Assembly: GCF_018977255.1 (NCBI RefSeq)
Contig: NW_024704755.1
Location: 4,712,001-4,776,000, forward strand
Length of the DNA stretch: 64,000 nt
Reading direction: 5' to 3'
Source: Callorhinchus milii
Lineage: Eukaryota
Position 1 is the stretch's first letter. Each line of letters opens with the position of its first letter. A program made the position numbers and the translations under genes. The notes under the pieces are model-generated. The model did no database searches, was not told the origin of the DNA, and worked only from the letters and a program-made list of their open reading frames with translations. Below are positions 41,401-53,135 of the stretch, piece by piece.

Positions 41401-44400
41401 TACAGAGAGCTGAGAAAATCCAATTTTGTCTCGGCTGTATTAAATAGAAACTGAAATATCTGATTTAATGCATGGTATGAATGGTTGCTATTATGTCCTA
41501 TTAACAAATCAACCTCCTCTTTCTATAATGTGAATCCTTATCGCACCAGGAGCAGCGTGCATGCTTTTCAGTATTGATTTATTGCTGCTTGCTATATGAC
41601 AGTGGGAAGTAATGAGTTGACTATGTTTTTGATAGGATTGTGTAGTAAGTTCAGCAAGTTTTATCTCTGTCACTTGATTAGATTTTGCCAGGGTTACTTA
41701 GTTTGCAGAAAATGCTAACTCAGCTGTTACAATTGAATTGTTATGAAATGGATAGTAGCATTTGGAACCATTTTTCCTGGATAGACTTGGTGCTGTTTTC
41801 ATAGATGGGAATACTGTACAAACTGTGGCTGAAATTCTGTTCTCAATTTAAGATTTACTTAAAGTTATCGAAATTTGAACGCAGCAACAACTTGCATTTA
41901 TGCATCGCCCTTCGCGCAGAGTAGCATCTCGGAGCATCTAATCAAACTGTATCTTTGATGGTTATTATGAATATTATTTGTAAACATAACCTGTAAAAAC
42001 TTTTCTGCTGTCCACAAATTGTTTCTTCTATTTTTATAATTCTCCCATTAGGAGCTGTAGATAAACTTGTGCTGATGAAGAACAGGTTTATATAGTTTTA
42101 AAAATCTAATAACCATAACTAATTCTTGTTGCATTAGCATGCATTCAGAAATGTTAGACTGAGGGATTGCTGAATTTGTATTCACACCACACAAAATGCT
42201 TTAGTTTGCTTTAGTTTGCTAATCAGTTTAATAACTAATGTTATTGCTAGTTTTAGACAGAATTGTTCTGAAGCACACTGTACAATTGTTTCTCCCTAGA
42301 GATCTTTCTCCTTCAATTACCAATCTCGTCTACACACTGATGAGTTTGAATCCATCTATCAGTTATGGGGGAGTGTGAACGTGAATCTTTTGCTTGTTTG
42401 AAATTAGTACCTTCAGAACCGTTACCCTTAAAATAATTGCTGCAAGGAATCGATTTAATTCCTTGAAGTGAACAAACATTATACATATACACACTTATTG
42501 TGCGATGTTTAGTCAAGGAATAAATTAGAATATGAAACTTTGAATTTTTGAAAGTAAGTTGGATGGAGATGATATGTGTCTGCTCTGTGTTACATGACAG
42601 TGTGAGCTTGTTAATTAATCTTAAAAACAATTAAAAATGGATTTCACATATTCATTTTTCTTGGTGAATTTGGGCTCCCCCAGAATACTTAACAAAGAAA
42701 CACTTGATCACAATATTTTCCACTTGATGCTTAACAGACAGTATTGAGATTTCCAAGTCCAGTTATTGAATAGGTAAGATATAGTATAGGGCTCCATACG
42801 CAGTGTCCCAACAATGTGCCTCGCCAACAGCCTCGGAGAAGCACCCCATTGTACTAGGATCATACCAGCACTTTTATGACACCAGAAGACTGACTGTCTC
42901 TTTCAGGTTCATTTTCATTGTATCAGATTTGTTTACTGATATTGTATATTTTGATGTAAGTAGAAGTATGAACTCCTACAAATTGATGTGGAGCCAAAGG
43001 GACTCCTAGTTTTGAAATGTTCAGTCTACTGACACGGTTGACCATTTCCATGCAGTTGAATCCTGTTAAATGCATAATTTGACTAAAATGTACTTGATCG
43101 GGATTTCTAGATTCTGCGAATTTGTAAATCATTGCGGCACGTCAATTCTTCGGTCAACCATTCTGAACAAAACCACACATTTAATATTTTACACCTATTT
43201 AAATCTGCGATGTGAAAAGTTATTTTTTCATGGATCAGCATTTTATGTTCTAATGCTTTGTAATCAGTGGTTTAATGAGTAGGGATGAAGGGAGCTAGTG
43301 TGATTTTTATGTGATCAGGAAACTTGTTGAATAAAATAGAAGCTTTGTGAATTATAAATATTTTTTTAAAAGAAACTGAAATGCCTCTGACCGCCCCCCC
43401 CCCTCTCGTCATTCGCCTTAGGGAGCTGCAGCTGCTCATTCCTGTTCTCGTGCAGCATTGTGTTTCCATAGCAGCGCTCAGTATAAGGAGAGGGGCAATA
43501 GGTTGGTTCACTGTTGATTGTGTCACTGTACCTGACATGGAACAACTTGGAGGCATAATCAATGGAACTGAATTGAAATAGAAACATTTCTAGATACACT
43601 CATGAAAAATGAGAAATATTATATTTTTTAAAATATAGATGAACATTTTTTTTAGAAGATATTCTTCAAGTTCTTTTTGTTTAATATTTTTCTCTATCAA
43701 TGGGGCTCTGTGGGTGGAGTTTTCTTTTGGGTCTGGGTCACTATTTTATTAGATAATGACTGATTTGCAACTTAATACCATTTCCATGCGCTTGCACCAT
43801 ATTCCTTGATATCCCTGCCTACCAAATGTCAACCTCTCTCTCTTAATTTTTCAATTGACTTGATATCTACAAACTTTTGGAGTAGTGAATTCCACATTTC
43901 CACAAAATGTTTTCTGATTACACTTTTGACTAGTTTAGCTTTAATTGTAAGATTAAGTTCCCTTGTTCCTCATTCCCCTACCAGAGGAAAATGTTTCTAT
44001 CTACCTATATGACCATGCTATTCTCCTTTCCCTCAACCCCACCAACAATAAAGATAATTTCTTTGTTGCTCACCAAGCAAAAATCTTGAAAGATAAGAGC
44101 TTTCAAAAAAGTCACTCAATCCACAACTGTTTGTGGGACAATTGGCTGCTGCATTTTGCCAACAAAATATACATTCAAACAACTTTACAATATATTCCGT
44201 GAACGCTTTGAGATGTCTCAACCACATGATAAGGTGCTGTATCAAATGCAGATTTTTCTTCTTTAATTTGGTTATATGTTTCCTCACTTTTGGGAAAATT
44301 AAATAACTTAACAGGTCTACAATTGTGGAAACTGCTTTGTAGATTATATTACCAGTGTATTTTAAACAAATATTTTTATTTGCCTTTTTTCTAAGGATTT

Positions 44401-47400
44401 CAGAATTAGGCTTCAGTTTTCTGAGAGTGAACTTTTAAAATTGGAAGTAGAGAACATGAACTTAAAGATGGACATTTGCAACTTTAGATCAACCAATCAG
44501 CAAAGCAGACCACAACAGGTTTGCTGTTTAAATTACTGTTTTATATACCATTCATCTTTTATGTATCCATTGCTTTCCACGAAACCTCACAAATTTGCCA
44601 TTTGTTAGTATGAATTTGGGATTCAGACCCTAACCAGTAGTCATGGGTTTTCAACACAAATAAGTCTAGTTTTCCACAGGTTCAGCAGTCTCATGTGAAC
44701 CGCAGGCATACAGAACACACCAAATACTGACGAATATCGTACTTTTCTAATGTTGCATTTGGACAAGTTGTCTCTGTAGTCAGTGAATAATGGAAGGCAA
44801 AGCAGTAGGGAAAGAGAAAAACAGCAAAATGCTGACCAGATCTAAAACTCTGTGAGGTCTGTTGTATAAATACAAAACTGTACATGAATAAATTACAACA
44901 ATTGTAGAATTTGTAAGAGTTTGTTCCATCTTGATCGAGACACTGGGGAGTGCTATGTAATTCAGTATATTACACTATGTGAAGTCTTATTTATCACTTT
45001 AATGCTGTCTAGTAAAATCTCAATCACACTGATGCATACTCCATGCCTGTGGCATCATAAAAACATATATTTTGGTGAGACTTGTGCACCGGAGTTTGAG
45101 TTTCTTGTATGTTTTATTGATGGGTGTGCATTTGTCAGAACTTTACAACAACAGCAAAGTTACATTTATATAGCGCCTTTCACGTCAGAAGGACGTCCCA
45201 AGGCAGTTTACTGTTTTCTTTGCAAAATGTTAGCCAGTTTTTTGCAGTTGGGACATCTCCTGTCAGTTTATGATCTGGAAATCTTGTAGCCAGAAACCTT
45301 TGAGAGAAAGTCATTACTGGCACAAATGTCTCCCGGGTTGTGTGGGGGGCGGTGGCACTAATGATGTTGCCAGAATTTGATCCAGAAAAACTCAACAACA
45401 GAAGAGCTACTCTCGGCACTTTTCAAAAAATGGTATTGATTTCTATTTACTAAACCTTGGCAGTTAATTGTTCATTTGGTACTTTCGTTTGACAAGGTTC
45501 AGAACTTTATTTTGCTTTCATAGCCTCCAATAAATTCCATTTTATATAACACCTTGAATAACTGCTATTATTTCTACCAAGCTGGAACAAATGAAAAGTA
45601 TTTTATGGGATGAAACTTTACGTTTCAAAATCTTGTGCTCCAAGAAAAGTTCAATGGAAAATTTACTGAGAATACAGCATAAATTCTAGATGCTTGAATG
45701 CCCCAAATGTCTTAAAAAAACTATTTATGTAGTAAGATTTTGTGTAATCCTAGTGATATTCCATTTGACAGCTCCTATGCAGTATGGGGCAAAATACAGT
45801 AAATGTATTGAGAAAGCGTAATTTGGTATTGTTTGTTTCTACCAATAATAACTTGAACTTGCCTTTCACAATTCTCTGACTTCCTAAACATAATATTTTG
45901 ATTCCCTTTTAAATCACGTGGGATAAGGGTTGAGTATCAGCTATATTTTCAATTGCTTGTTATTTTAATAATTATGAAAATATTTACTATCTGATCATTC
46001 AAATTAAAGAAATCAAAACATTTTCCCACAGTCACCTAGAGTATACTCCAAGTCTCTATTGTTGGTTCTCTTTTTTTCAAATCTACATGGGGTTAGGCTT
46101 TCATATGTGTGATGATGATAAAGACCTCTATCTTTTTGCTACGACCCTTGTTTTCAGGGTTCCTGTTATTGTGACTGACTGCGTCTGGTTCTGATTCCAT
46201 CAACTTCCCAGGCTACTTTCTTTACTAAAGTTAAGATGGACAGTGTGCAACTTTGACATTTTGCTTGATCGTGAGCCACGTTTCAAACCAACTATCTGGT
46301 CCATCACCAAGGTGGCTTTTTCACCTCCAGAACATTATCTGCTTAAACTGTTACCTCACCTTCACAGCTGCCGAAAGCCTTATCCATGCCGTCGACATGT
46401 TTAGCAGACTCCATTCTTTAGAAGCTTCAACTGATCCAGAACATTAGGCGCTGCACACCAATTACTCCAATTCTCTGCAAGCTCCGTTGACTCCTAGTAC
46501 ATCAGAGGATTGCGTTTAAGCTAGGCAACCTGATGATCATCAGATTGTTCCAGAGTTCATGGGACATGCTACACAAGCAATATTCTCTAGCCTTTCGTCA
46601 GGCCTTGCTCTTCACTCTTCCGCTCTTCACTCTGATATTTGCTCATTAACTACTCCTACAGCTCCATCATCACTGACTGATTCTTCAGCCACCATGCTCC
46701 TGTCATGTGGAACTTTTTTTGCAGAATCACTTTCCCTTGTTATATCTCTGCCAGCCTTTAAATGTATACAAAAATCAATCTCTTTGACTGCACATTTTAT
46801 CAATATCATTATGTTTTTTATGTCCCTGCTAGTTGCCCACTACTATTTTTGTGAAGCTATTCCGTTACGTGGAATGCACTGTACAAATGCAAATTGTTGA
46901 TATATATTGAACATTTATGATTGATAGACTTATATATTTCATATCTATTGATGAAAAATAACTCTTTGACAACTTTTTTTAATCCAAAAGTTCATAAGAT
47001 GTTGAGAATAGTATTCTTCTTCTGGACACTTGTTTTAGTTTTTATACATAAATCCCCTACTAAGCTTATAGTATATAGATTGGTTGTAAAGCATATCTTT
47101 TTAAGCTTCACTTGGATTATACAACATTTTGCATCTTTCAAACATTACCTGAAGTAATATTGTTTCAAATATTCACTCATTATACGAGGAGGAATGCTTA
47201 GGACATTAATCCTGCTTAAAAACTTACTTCACAAAAAGTACAACCTCTTCTATTTATTCCATCCTAAATGCAATAACACTCAGAATTATTAATAGCCAAT
47301 ATCATACTCCTGCATAAAAATATAAATAGAAGCTGTTTCTAACAGTACAAAATGCCATAGAATACCAAATACATTTAGACTGCTACTGTTGGAAAAACAT

Positions 47401-50400
47401 TAATTAAATATGCAGGTCTTTTGTGCATTAATAAGAAGCATTCCAAATATTATTCAAAGCTATAGAATATAGATGTCATTAAGGTTTCAAGTGTTAACTT
47501 TTCATTTGCACAGAATTTGACAGTCCACAAAGACGCAAAGTCAGTGCATGCATATAAATAAGTACCTTCTTACCAACAGCAGTGAAAGTGGTGCCCTGAA
47601 TACCAACAGTGTTAAAGTCATCAGTGACTGAGAGATTATATCCGTTGGGTAAATTAGTGAAATCCGTTGGAGATTTTTTCTGTAATTCAGTTATGTATGT
47701 AAAGTAGATCAAATATGCAGTAATGGAAAAAGGTTATCCGCATTGATAAATCCATTCAAAGACAGTTGAATTGGTACTATTCAGGACTATAATAGATGAC
47801 TGCATGCACATTTATGTCATTATGCTTATAATTCCATGGCAAGCGTTCCAGCATTCCAACACCGTTTGACTCGAGCTACATTTACGAAGGCATTCCTCTA
47901 GAAGAAAAGGCAGAGATGTCTGGCAATGAAATGTAAAATATTGTATCCAAGTGGTGCCCGCTATTCGATTGCATATCATTATACCCATGCAAAGAACAAC
48001 AGCGACATCTGCATGTTCACTGCACAAAATGTCGCAGTCAGCACTGTCTGTGGTTTTTTTCCGCCAGCTAATTGTACAGTAGAGTCACGGTATCTCATTT
48101 GAATATTAATATTGGAAACAAAAGGGAGAGTGAGGGAAGGAACAAAGTGGCCTAATTTCCAAATGAATTCATGCGTTGTACATCAGCAACAGATTTCCAT
48201 GCTTAATTGTCTTTTCAGTTTTCCCAGGAAGTAATTTTGATTATCTGCCAGAACTAGGCAATGTTGGGGGAATGAATTAAACCATTGAGAAGACACACAA
48301 AGGCTTGCGATTACTATGTTATTCATGTATGAAAGTGACAAAGACCCCACTGTATCTGTTGTGTACGCATAATAGGCTTTCAGACTGAAATAATTGATTA
48401 ATCACATTAATGGTTTCATAGTGGCTATCAAAATCAGACGCACACTAATTTTTTTCAGAAATAGTTGATACCCGTGCTCGCTTATTTTTTATGCAAACAA
48501 ACATTACAAGGTAATGATCCACGATTTCACTTGATCTTCATTTCTGACATCCTTTTTTTAAAAAAAATAAAGTTTCCATCTCCATAGAGCTTAAGGAATT
48601 ATTAGCAGTGAATCCCCGTAGAGCAATTTTTCCGTAGCAGTGGAATTTACAGAATTTTCACTTAAATTCTGGCGAATCATTCTGTAATTTTAAGCATGCC
48701 GTTGTGGTAAAATTAGCGGTATCCACAATGATTTTCAGTCAATGTGTTTGAGATGTAACCAAGTCAGGGGATTAAAAGGAAAAAAACGCAGACAGTCCAT
48801 TGAGCAGGCCAGCTTCTCTGATATGGATCATATGAGACTCGCATTGTATTCATCCCACTCTGAATACTCCATGCTTAACCAGCTTAATGATATGCAAATG
48901 AAATATGCATAAAACCATTCTACTGTAAGATGATTAAACACTGGGGACGTTAACTGCCACCACATGACTGTTTGACTGTAATAATTTTAGAACATTCACT
49001 TTGATTGCGGCGTATGGAATCTAGCAGCTGGTAGAGCCCGTGACCCATTTAGCGTTATCCCTCTGCAGAGCTTTTTCTCCTGAACATCGGTTTTCACAGG
49101 CGCCGCTGCCATTGTACTCCAGTCAAACGCTCGAAGATTCTTCTAACAACACAAATGCCTTGTTAATAAAAAAAACCTCCACCGTCTACATTCGCAAGCA
49201 TATATTCCAAAAGGAGAACTCACATTAAAAGACAGTAAATCCAGCTCATTAGAAAATTGCCCAGAAGATGCCAGGTTAAAATCCGTTACCAGCAGGTTGG
49301 CTCTGCAGTGTGTACAGCTTCTATCATATATGTGATGGCACTTGAGGAAGTTGCAGAAGTACATCCATTACGCACTGCTGTTTTGTATTGTTTTGTAAAA
49401 TCCACACGTAATTATTTTAAAAATTCCTTTTGTACTTTTTGTTCCTTTTGTTTTCAGCTCGCGTCTGCCACAGTGCGAGCGATGCCAACTGAACACCTTT
49501 CGGGATCCACGGCAACACTTCCACCGTAAGTAAAAGCCACCCTTCCGTTCCGGAGGGGAACATTTCATTTTCCCATAAAATGTACCACAGGATTTATCCA
49601 AGTAGCACCTTCAAACCTTCTCACTTCAAGTTTGTACACGTCTCTGTGGCATCCCTCCTCCTTCATTCCCATAGTGGATCTTGTAAAAGGCTACAGATCG
49701 GCCCATTCATCTCCCTGGTGATAGCACTGAATGCAGATAAATCTCAGGCTGCCTGCCTGCTGCAAGAGTATGATTCTTATTTTCCTTGTGTACCTGGGTC
49801 AATTGATGGTTAAAAAACACGCTCCAGATTAAACAGTAAATCTTCAGTATCCTGTCAGTGACTATGTGAGCACCAAAATTGCTTTTATTTCCTTTTTTAA
49901 AACACGAAAGGCATAATTATGCACATTTGCTTGCAGCTTCTCTGGCAACTGGCAGTACCACGCAGACATAATATGCCTGCTTCACTGCCATTCCCCATGG
50001 CATCAGACAGAAAGGGTTACTCCGAAGTAGTTCCTTTGTTTTTTGTTGGTATTGTTTTTGTAAACGAACTTGAATAGAAAACAAATCAACATCGAACAAA
50101 ACACTGGTTCGTGCTTTGACAGTTGGCAGTATTGCCCCTGGCACCATGTCGTCGCTGCTATTTTTTTCATTTCCTGGCATCTTTCGGAACGGCAGTCGAT
50201 GCCATGGCGGCTTTTGTCTTCGAGGGGAAAAAGTATCCGCAGTCGCTTCTGCACGGCCAAGCAAAAGATGATTAAACACAGACAGTGCACGCATCCTTGT
50301 TTTCAACTTGAAACATGTCCTCTGAGGAAGGATTTACAGTGGAGCGCATGGTAATCCTGCCAGTTGCGCCTTCAGATATGACTTCGTGTTTGCTGTAGGG

Positions 50401-53135
50401 GTCTGGATAATCTCCCTTGGCTCAACAGTTCTGACAGACGCACATACGGGCCCTAACATACCCGCTGTTATCAAGAGAGCTGTGGCGCTGCCAGTGAATG
50501 GATGGCACTGTGCCAGCTCTTGCCATTTGCGGCGGCTTTCTATAGACTTGACACTAATTAACATAAGGGTTAATTGATTTTAAAAGCTGAAGAATTACAG
50601 TTAACATTCCCAAAGGGTAAACACACCAATAGCTTGGCATTACTGCCGTGCTGGCGCAGGAAAGCCCGCAGCAGCAGCAACAGCATTGGCTGCTTATTGG
50701 ACTATAGCTGATGGGAGACGACGTTTTACAGTCTCATCTGCTACAATATGTTGCAATGATATTTTGTTATAAATAATCAAAGCCCATTTAAATAAAAGCT
50801 GGAGTGAAGTTGTAGAGAAATTTTTGTCATAACACCCTCGGGCTTTATTGTAATCAGTAAATTAGTCCCCTCTGTCATATTTGATTAAGTAATTATCAGC
50901 ATACCGCTTTACCTAACATTTGAAAAGATGAGGCGAAAGGGAGAGGCTTTAAATTTTTTAAATACTATTCTGTAACCTTCTTGCTTTGGAAGACAAGGTC
51001 AGAGCTGACTAATTGGCTCAGATGCTTAATTCAAATAAAGTACCTCATTAAAGCAAAGTTGTTTCCTGCAATTAAGATCGGAGAAAAAAAAAACCTAAGA
51101 GCTGGAAAAATAGATACCTACTTTACTTAGTTAATTGCTGATGGTTACTGAAGGAATTTCGTTTAAAAATTGCAGGCGCGTTGTACGATATAAAATCCTT
51201 TTTTCAGTTAAAGAACTTGCTTTGGCTTACGAAAGCTCGCTGAATAGGAGGCACAGAAAGGAGCTGAAGCAATGACAGGAATCCATTATGCAAATGCATT
51301 CATTTGCATTTTCCCTACGACTAGAATATGTAAATTAACTGCATAATTTAGATCTGCCTGCATCTGTCTAAAAATATTACAAAATGAAGATTGCAATTCT
51401 GAAAATAAAAAGGTGGCATGTTTATAAAGCAGATTTTTTTATTAAAAGACAATGAACATTTTAAATATGTTTCAAAAACTAATATTAGATCAGTATTCTG
51501 TTCCACCTAATCTAAATTTGTTTTAAACTTTGGTTAACTTCTTCATTTTATCACTTACATACTGGAGTATCACTGACATTTTATCGACACTGTTCAATTT
51601 TTTGAAAATGTGTGCACACGTATGTTGTGGATACAACAGAATTTAGTCACAAGAATAAATGATCTGAGTTTCATATAAATTATCTATGTTTTAACACCAT
51701 TTGTAGGATAAAATCTCTGAAATATAATCCACAGTAAACAAGGTTATGTGGCAAAGTAAATGTGAAAAATGTATCTTGGAAGTTTGCTGTTTTTTCAAAT
51801 ACGTACAAAATCCTTTGCCTAATGATATACATCAAAATTGGTAAAAGTCATATTTGTATAAATTATACAATCGCCGAAGTAGTACATCCACCTGAGTCCC
51901 GTTCAATTTCCTATTAAATCCACTTAAATTTATATGCCACATTCATATTAATCACTGCATAACTCGTAACGCCGCTAGAGTACTTACCTGGCTACTAGGT
52001 CAAAACGTAGTTTCCCACGCTTGCCTCAAACAGAACATAACACATGCACGCCCTCCCTCCCTGGAGATTAACATTGACGCCATCGCGCGTGCGCTTAATG
52101 GCTTTGAAGTAGCATGCGAGGTGCTCCATGTGAAACAATCGCAGGAAGTCGCAGCCCGTCACTGCATGCGCACTTACCCACTACATTACTGAAGGACCAC
52201 GTGCGCAGTGCACACCAGTGAACAAGGTTTTGACCAGTCAGCATGGTAGCAGGCCACGTAGATACCCCAACTAAATGCAAATTAAGTTTATATTCCATTA
52301 AAACAGTTCTCTTTTGAAACCTGTTTGGTTGCGCCATTTATTGTACAATGCATGTTTTCTGCACATGAGGTACAGTAAGCACCATGCAATACTGTATTTA
52401 GAAAGAATGGGATATCACAGCTTTAATATGCATGGGTCAAACATGGTATAGAAACCTTGCCTTAACGTCACCAGCCAGTACAGTACTTGTGTATGTGTTA
52501 GTCGTGTAAAATCCGACTTATACGTAACTTTACATAAGTCATACATGATAAGACTTATGCATGTTTGCCATAACTCATACTTTGCAAAAGTCATATATGT
52601 TATGGTCCAACTGATGCAACTTAAGTGAATGTTAAAACTGACTGTACTGAAAATGCATTTTCTTGTTCAAGTTCAATAATAAAATAAGAAAAGGTGCATC
52701 AAAACTTACACTTGAAGTATAGATTTTAATTTTACTTTGTGTGTAGCAAGACATCCTAAAGGGCTAACTAGAAACACCACCATTTTAAAGATTTTGAATT
52801 TTCTTTCAGTTACTAATGTGTTTTCCTGATAATGTTCTCAGATGTACTGTGATGACAGGGTAATCAATGAGTGGAACAAGTTGCCAGTCAGCCAGTAGAG
52901 AAAAAATAGTTTTCAAGTGTTATTGCACTTAACTGGGGGTATGTACTTTTGTGTTTCTCAGACTCTTATCCTTCATTTAATTTTGCATCCCTTATCTAGC
53001 AACACTGGCTCCAGTGAGATTTTCATGAAATATGAAGAGATCAAGTCTGAGTTGGAGATAAAAGAGCAGATGATCCAGAGATTACACAAGGAGCTTACGG
53101 ATGCTACTTTTGCCCAACAACTGTCAAAAGATGAG
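20252..53135 (+). CDS. PMFBP1: Spliced multi-exon gene (7 coding exons seen, 3'-incomplete) encoding a long coiled-coil protein; tentatively a long-form PMFBP1-like protein
   Basis: Hand-assembled exons of 88+155+129+84+123+68+136 = 783 nt join through GT-AG sites with matching phases (1,0,0,0,0,2,0). They give 261 stop-free codons: [10 protein letters not shown]...[21 protein letters not shown]...[43 protein letters not shown]...[25 protein letters not shown]. The gene structure is well supported. The symbol comes from recalled resemblance to non-mammalian PMFBP1-like N-termini and is unverified, so the confidence refers to the name. Confidence 0.55.
20362..20482. repeat. (GAT)n/(GGT)n compound microsatellite at the start of intron 1
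   Basis: Read directly; abuts a SINE tail. Confidence 0.9.
21052..21263 (-). mobile_element. 5'-truncated young SINE copy
   Basis: Matches the 3' two-thirds of the family; 8-bp TSD TGTTCCTA at 21044-21051 and 21264-21271. Confidence 0.95.
22370..22524 (+). CDS. Coding exon 2 ([51 protein letters not shown])
   Basis: Acceptor ttttgcAG after a pyrimidine tract; donor AAG|GTTTGT; open frame with purine-rich coding composition in AT-rich surroundings. Confidence 0.9.
22911..23298 (-). mobile_element. Old DeuSINE (SacSINE1-like)
   Basis: Reverse complement of the same architecture as 15803-16233 (tgccatgggatctttaaaatccatctgaac; gtgggacttgaatccataaccttctga). Confidence 0.8.
24263..24318. repeat. 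13-bp minisatellite (CATCCCTTCACCT) x~4
   Basis: Three perfect units and one degenerate unit, read directly. Confidence 0.95.
24994..25310 (+). mobile_element. Young full-length tRNA-Ala-derived SINE
   Basis: Same family with small internal deletions; TSD ATCTTG at 24988-24993 and 25309-25314. Confidence 0.95.
28935..29225 (-). mobile_element. Degenerate L2 LINE 3' portion
   Basis: Purine-rich block homologous by eye to 30135-30550 (gggagtttcagaggttatgggcataggaactgaagcc). Confidence 0.65.
30135..30550 (-). mobile_element. L2-clade LINE 3' end
   Basis: Minus-strand peptide [38 protein letters not shown] is typical of the L2/CR1 ORF2 C-terminus; it is followed by the same tail the SINEs carry. 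Confidence 0.9.
30760..30888 (+). CDS. Coding exon 3 ([43 protein letters not shown])
   Basis: Strong polypyrimidine acceptor ttttttccctttgtttAG; donor GAG|GTAATC; 129 nt, phase 0-0; heptad-like peptide. Confidence 0.92.
31237..31554 (-). mobile_element. Young full-length tRNA-Ala-derived SINE
   Basis: Near-identical to the 6.2 and 55.5 kb copies; flanking CTTGTT at 31231-31236 and 31559-31564. Confidence 0.95.
33612..33724 (+). mobile_element. SINE 3' tail fragment (older subfamily)
   Basis: tgtgaagcgctttgagacgtctcgaagatgtgata...caaatgcaaagattattatt. Confidence 0.85.
34170..34515 (-). mobile_element. L2-clade LINE ORF2 fragment
   Basis: [13 protein letters not shown]...[15 protein letters not shown]...[13 protein letters not shown]...[13 protein letters not shown]. 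Confidence 0.9.
34962..34975 (-). promoter_or_regulatory. Candidate CTCF site
   Basis: Minus strand CCACAAGAGGGCAG is a close match to the CTCF core CCASYAGRKGGCRS. Confidence 0.5.
36123..36206 (+). CDS. Coding exon 4 ([28 protein letters not shown])
   Basis: Acceptor tgtgacAG; donor GCT|GTAAGT; 84 nt, phase 0-0; coiled-coil-like. Confidence 0.85.
37775..38097 (+). mobile_element. Old DeuSINE fragment
   Basis: ctgacactccagtgcagt...ggctgtttgtgggacagtgctgtgc...gctatatcaaatgcaaggattatt. Confidence 0.75.
38179..38308 (+). mobile_element. 3' fragment of the young SINE
   Basis: Matches the last ~130 nt of the family consensus and ends in (TTA)n. Confidence 0.93.
38311..38661 (-). mobile_element. 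Older, longer subfamily of the same tRNA-derived SINE
   Basis: Shares head, ggagtaaggaaactt block, Deu-like core and tail, but carries an extra ~65-bp central segment and a different tail loop. Confidence 0.88.
43790..44010 (-). mobile_element. Degenerate CR1-type LINE fragment
   Basis: gaattccacatttccac...cccttgttcctcattcccctaccagaggaaaatgtttc resembles the reverse strand of CR1 ORF2 ends. Confidence 0.5.
44396..44518 (+). CDS. Coding exon 5 ([41 protein letters not shown])
   Basis: Acceptor gccttttttctaAG; donor CAG|GTTTGC; 123 nt, phase 0-0. Confidence 0.85.
46235..46900 (+). mobile_element. Degenerate L2 LINE 3' portion
   Basis: gctttttcacctccagaacatt...gctgccgaaagccttatccatgcc...; ends in a tail tgtacaaatgcaaattgttg. 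Confidence 0.7.
47800..52350. promoter_or_regulatory. Putative cluster of intronic conserved non-coding/enhancer elements
   Basis: No recognisable SINE/LINE over ~4.5 kb, locally retained CpGs, and dense octamer/homeodomain/Fox-type motifs. Conservation itself was not tested. Confidence 0.5.
49458..49525 (+). CDS. Coding exon 6 ([22 protein letters not shown]+cc), linker
   Basis: Long pyrimidine tract ending ttttgttttcAG; donor ACC|GTAAGT. The phase 0-to-2 change supplies the phase needed by the 53000 acceptor. Confidence 0.75.
53000..53135 (+). CDS. Coding exon 7 ([45 protein letters not shown])
   Basis: Acceptor cccttatctAG; donor GAG|GTTAGT; lies within track ORF 52917..53165; coiled-coil peptide. 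Confidence 0.88.

Noticed and set aside
51981-51991. TACTTACCTGG matching the U1 snRNA 5' end
   Set aside because: No further U1 similarity follows; better read as an antisense 5' splice site.
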